DNA of 64,000 nt from Neoechinorhynchus agilis. Lineage: Eukaryota; Animalia; Acanthocephala. The notes under the pieces were generated by a model that was not told where the DNA came from, did no database searches, and worked only from the letters and a program-made list of their open reading frames with translations. Each line of letters opens with the position of its first letter. The stretch's first letter is position 1. Made by a program: the position numbers and the translations under genes. Below, one piece after another: positions 60,201 through 64,000 of the stretch. The stretch spans positions 3,879,761 to 3,943,760 of the forward strand of contig CM121341.1 of NCBI GenBank assembly GCA_051530055.1. Direction: 5' to 3'.

Positions 60201-62765
60201 AGGTTACCAATCTTGTCTTATTAGCTAAATACCAAGCTTCTCAGCACTTTATTTCGGGTTACTCTAACCAAAATTATCTTTCAAGTTTTAAGGGTTACTT
60301 TTTTTACAATCGATTAAGGTTACCAATCTTGTCTTATTAGCTAAATACCAAGCTTTTCAGCACTTTATTTCGGGTTACTCCAACCAAAATTATCTTACAA
60401 GTTTTAAGGGTGACTTTTTTACAATCGATTGAGGTTACCAATCTTGTCTTATTAGCTAAATACCAAGCTTCTCAGCACTTTATTTCGGGTTACTCTAACC
60501 AAAATTATCTCACAAGTTTTAAGGGTGACTTTTTTACAATCGATTGAGGTTACCAATCTTGTCTTATTAGCTAAATACCAAGCTTTTCAGCACTTTATTT
60601 CGGGTTACTCTAACCAAAATTATCAGACAAGCTTTTAGGGTGACTTTTTTACAATCGATTGAGGTTACCAATCTTGTCTTGTTAGCTAAATACCAAGCTT
60701 TTCAGCACTTTATTTCGGGTTACTCTAACCAAAATTATCAGACAAGTTTTAAGGGTGACTTTTTTACAATCGATTGAGGTTACCAATCTTGTCTTGTTAG
60801 CTAAATACCAAGCTTCTCAGCACTTTATTTCGGGTTACTCTAACCAAAATTATCAGACAAGTTTTAAGGGTGACTTTTTTACAATCGATTGAGGTTACCA
60901 ATCTTGTCTTATTAGCTAAATACCAAGCTTTTCAGCACTTTATTTCGGGTTACTCTAACCAAAATTATCTGACAAGTTTTAAGGGTGACTTTTTTACAAT
61001 CGATTGAGGTTACCAATCTTGTCTTATTAGCTAAATACCAAGCTTTTCAGCACTTTATTTCGGGTTACTCCAACCAAAATTATCTTACAAGTTTTAAGGG
61101 TTACTTTTTTACAATCGATTGAGGTTACCAATCTTGTCTTATTAGCTAAATACCAAGCTTTTCAGCACTTTATTTCGGGTTACTCTAACCAAAATTATCT
61201 TTCAAGTTTTAAGGGTTACTTTTTACAATCGATTAAGGTTACCAATCTTGTCTTATTAGCTAAATACCAAGCTTTTCAGCACTTTATTTCGGGTTACTCT
61301 AACCAAAATTATCTTTCAAGTTTTAAGGGTTACTTTTTTACAATCGATTAAGGTTACCAATCTTGTCTTATTAGCTAAATACCAAGTTTTTCAGCAAACA
61401 CAAAAAAGTTTTTATAATATTGACGCAATGTCATTTTATACAGGGCAGTGAACATGGTCGACCTCGAGTCCACTTTATCTTATATGTTTAAATTTGAAGT
61501 CGCTTGTCGTACCTATCTCAATACGGAAACAGTCGCTGTCCTACGGCATTGGTTGTGGACATTGATGAAGGTATTTGAGACTTTTATTGTCAGAAAGCGG
61601 CTCAATTGTTTCTAAAAAAAGTATTTTCCTGGGCGAAGACCTGTACTTAACCAACTCGGATTTTTGGATATAAAACTCATGGAAAAGAAGCTTCTTGGAA
61701 TGGATGGTCGTGAATTTAAAAAGCATGCAAAGAGTACCGTCCTGGAATACCACCAACACGAGATCTATACGCGATACTTTCCTCCTCTTCGTTGGATCAA
61801 TTGCCTTGGATCAAAGCCAATGTATAGAGGGTACCCGTGTGGAGTATGGACACTATTTCACACCCTTTCCGTTCGATTGGCTAACCAATTCACTAAAGAA
61901 AGTTGTAAGTCGTATTCCTTTGATTGCAGATATAACCACAACTTTCGTTTCCCATGTAGTTCAAGATAAATCGGAAGCAGTTAAAATGTTCAATTCTATA
62001 AGAAACTACATGTCTCACTTTTTCGGGTGCGAAGAATGCGTTCAGCACTTTTTGGAAGGGACACAACAATATATTGGTCGCATTGAGAATGGAGACGATC
62101 TTGTATTGATTTTATGGAAGGGTTAGTATTGTATTCAAAGTGGTTTTCTCGTAATTCTCGGCTTAAAAAAGGGCATAACCGAGCCAATGGATTTTTAAGT
62201 GGAGCATTAACAGAAGATCCTTACGCACCTAAATGCCAGTTTCCAAATCGAATCGATTGTCCTCGATGCCGAGATTCTAAAGGTCAATGGATTGAATCTG
62301 AAGTACTGAAGTTTCTCAAATACCATTATTCAAACATCGATTCCAGTGCTCTAGACAACGACCGAACTGTGATTAAGCAACTAAGAATGAAAGGAATTGT
62401 AACGCGTAGTCCGTGGATCGATCTCAACCTACAACAGAGTAAGAAAAACTCAAAAGTGTCTAATGGTCAGAAGCACTCTTCCGCTAACCGTTTGCGTATT
62501 CGGTCTGAGCGTTGTCTTGGTAGTCAATTGACTTCCAATTCAACTGATCAGTCCTCTCGTGAATACGCTGATGGTAGGAAGAGTGCCACTTATGATACGA
62601 AGACATACGCCAATCAAAGAGGATTTTCCTCTTACTAACGCCTTCGGCTATTTTATGGTAAAATTTCAATTCATTTGCATAGTGGCGTGTGCGGTGATTT
62701 TCTTTTCCTATCTTTTTAAACTGAACCTTAGAAGACGTGCTAGATTGTTCAAAACTACACTTTGA
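57240..62765 (+). CDS. QSOX: Quiescin sulfhydryl oxidase; exons 57240-57462, 57718-57818, 58082-58215, 58270-58354, 58403-58713, 61444-61570, 61622-61904, 61960-62121, 62172 onward (3' end ambiguous: stop 62638 or 62765)
   Basis: Signal peptide; Trx1 FYAHWCGHC..VGAVDCAEE..YPTFR; Trx2; HRR MVDLES; Erv YRGYPCGVWTLFH..FFGCEECVQHF..HNRAN..EDP..QFP..CPRC. All listed junctions are GT-AG and phase-compatible. Confidence 0.93.
58790..59010. repeat. Intronic copy of the 39020-39245 foldback family, opposite orientation
   Basis: Shares AGAAGT..CACCC(G)CGGTAAAT..TTCGATTAAA arms. Minus strand: CTGATGA(58876)-T-GAAC-gcgaagag-GTT-aaaaacgtt. Confidence 0.75.
59108..61395. repeat. 115-bp satellite (~20 copies) inside QSOX intron 5
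   Basis: (G/A)AGGTTACCAATC at 59511, 59626, 59741 and 59856 (period 115); lies within intron 58714-61443. Confidence 0.97.
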
Positions 62766-62870
62766 ATGTGAGAATTTGAAAAAAAAGAGTACACATTTTG
62801 TATTATTGGGACGTATTCACAAACACTCGTTGTCTTTACAGATTAATGTTAAAAAAGAAGCACAAATTCA

Positions 62871-63966
62871 TCAAGATACATTAGTGCGATCATCCCACAC
62901 TACCTTATCAATTGATCGCATCAGTCGACTTGCGGAACGCATTGTGTGAAACAGAAGCATATCTGGATCATCCAACAATCCGGTGCTCCAATGCTGAATC
63001 GCTCTAATCATATTTTCACACATTTCTCGAGTTATTGTTCGAATGTGACCGTCCATAGACCAGTAATTCTCAGCTAACAGTGCCAAATCACGGACTTCTC
63101 TTGTGTATTCAATAAGCAATGCTTGTTGATTACAGCTGTCAGCGCATTTAAAGCCGTTGGAACAAGTTTTTTTCGGAATTTCGTTATGGAAAGCTAAAAA
63201 ATATCCATTGAATAATTTCAAAATATTTAATTTAGGTTTCAGAGCCCAAACTTGAGATCGAAAACCGCTTAGTACGTTTAAATGAGGTTAGTTTTCAAAT
63301 TAAAGAATGGAATACGAACGTCAGTCTGATTTGTATAAACTTTTGTATGAAAAAATGCAACCTTCATTGATAGTTATGGCGTTCCATGGGCCTTGTTTCA
63401 AGTACAATCTTGGCACATTACCTCCTAGCAGACATTTTCTCCGTCGCTCAGTAAAAGCTGTCACTTCATCAGGACATCTCTTGTCGAACCCAGGAAAAAT
63501 TTCGATGTCTCAAGGTTGCATTAGAAAAGCTTCCTAAACCCCAGGTTTAAATACTGGCATCTGACGTTAGGACAAGCTTCAAATGACTCATAAATGGTTT
63601 GCAATTTGACGACTTTACTCCTGACAAAAGTCCTCTCCTCGAATGTTATCATATGACAAATACAGTGAGCACTTTCTTTACCTTCGTGACTACGGACGAT
63701 TGTATGGCTCGTTGTTGTGGAGTTAGGTCCTAAATAAATTGGCGTGAGCATTTGAGAGAATCTTCGTTTGGAGAGCAATTACTCCGGCACACGTTTCCCT
63801 TCGGGACACACTCGTTTCCCGTGCCGCCACGAAAACACTGTTGTTCAATGTGTCGAAGCACGAAATCGCGAATAAAAAGGAGACGCACACACACAATACC
63901 TTTGTTGCAGATGAAATGGCGAGCAAACTCGAAGAAGTTGAATTTACATCGATTTCTAAGAATCAT
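62871..63966 (-). CDS. Probable 3' exons of an unidentified Cys-rich gene convergent on QSOX
   Basis: Open frame 62871-63221 after a TTTTTTAG acceptor; Cys-rich frame 63730-63966. No family recognised and exon joins unresolved. Confidence 0.35.
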
Positions 63967-64000
63967 CCTGCGATTTTTGGGGATAAAGGAGGCTTGGTGA

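Noticed and set aside
19345-61395. CRISPR-like reading of the tandem arrays
   Set aside because: Units are contiguous with no unique spacers, there are no cas genes, and the context is eukaryotic.
1-64000. tRNA, rRNA or spliceosomal snRNA genes
   Set aside because: No convincing cloverleaf or conserved rRNA/snRNA motif seen by eye; tRNAscan-SE and Rfam scans would be needed to exclude them.

Overview
AT-rich eukaryotic (invertebrate-animal-like) genomic DNA. It is not prokaryotic: the gene models have GT-AG introns, most about 50 bp. The taxon cannot be assigned from sequence alone. Recognisable host genes: LEO1 (+, single exon), AIMP1/p43 (+, single exon), a two-exon GPI-type Ly6/uPAR (quiver/sleepless-like) gene, a multi-exon QSOX, a multi-exon PH-domain gene, a truncated PIP4K2 pseudogene and a HEAT-like ORF. 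Two orphan repeat proteins are present: a secreted ~2,000-aa (EDGGGGETTTEETTTT)n mucin-like protein with Asp/Cys blocks, and a protein with 22 x 27-aa PPPG(F/L) repeats. The rest is retroelement debris (CRE-like REL non-LTR elements of several subfamilies, Gypsy, RTE, CR1/L2-like, Penelope) and tandem arrays (about 430, 169, 208, 196-200, 218, 525 and 115 bp). Three things stand out. (1) Nearly every short foldback or tandem repeat carries a Penelope-type minimal type-I hammerhead ribozyme motif, intact or decayed, often as inverted pairs. (2) The 218-bp satellite is built from the 3' end of a CRE-like retrotransposon, and another CRE 3' end sits in, and was co-duplicated with, the 169-bp satellite. 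(3) A twister-ribozyme-like motif lies inverted against an RTE body. All coordinates, alignments and folds were done by eye, and family assignments rest on remembered motifs, not on database searches.
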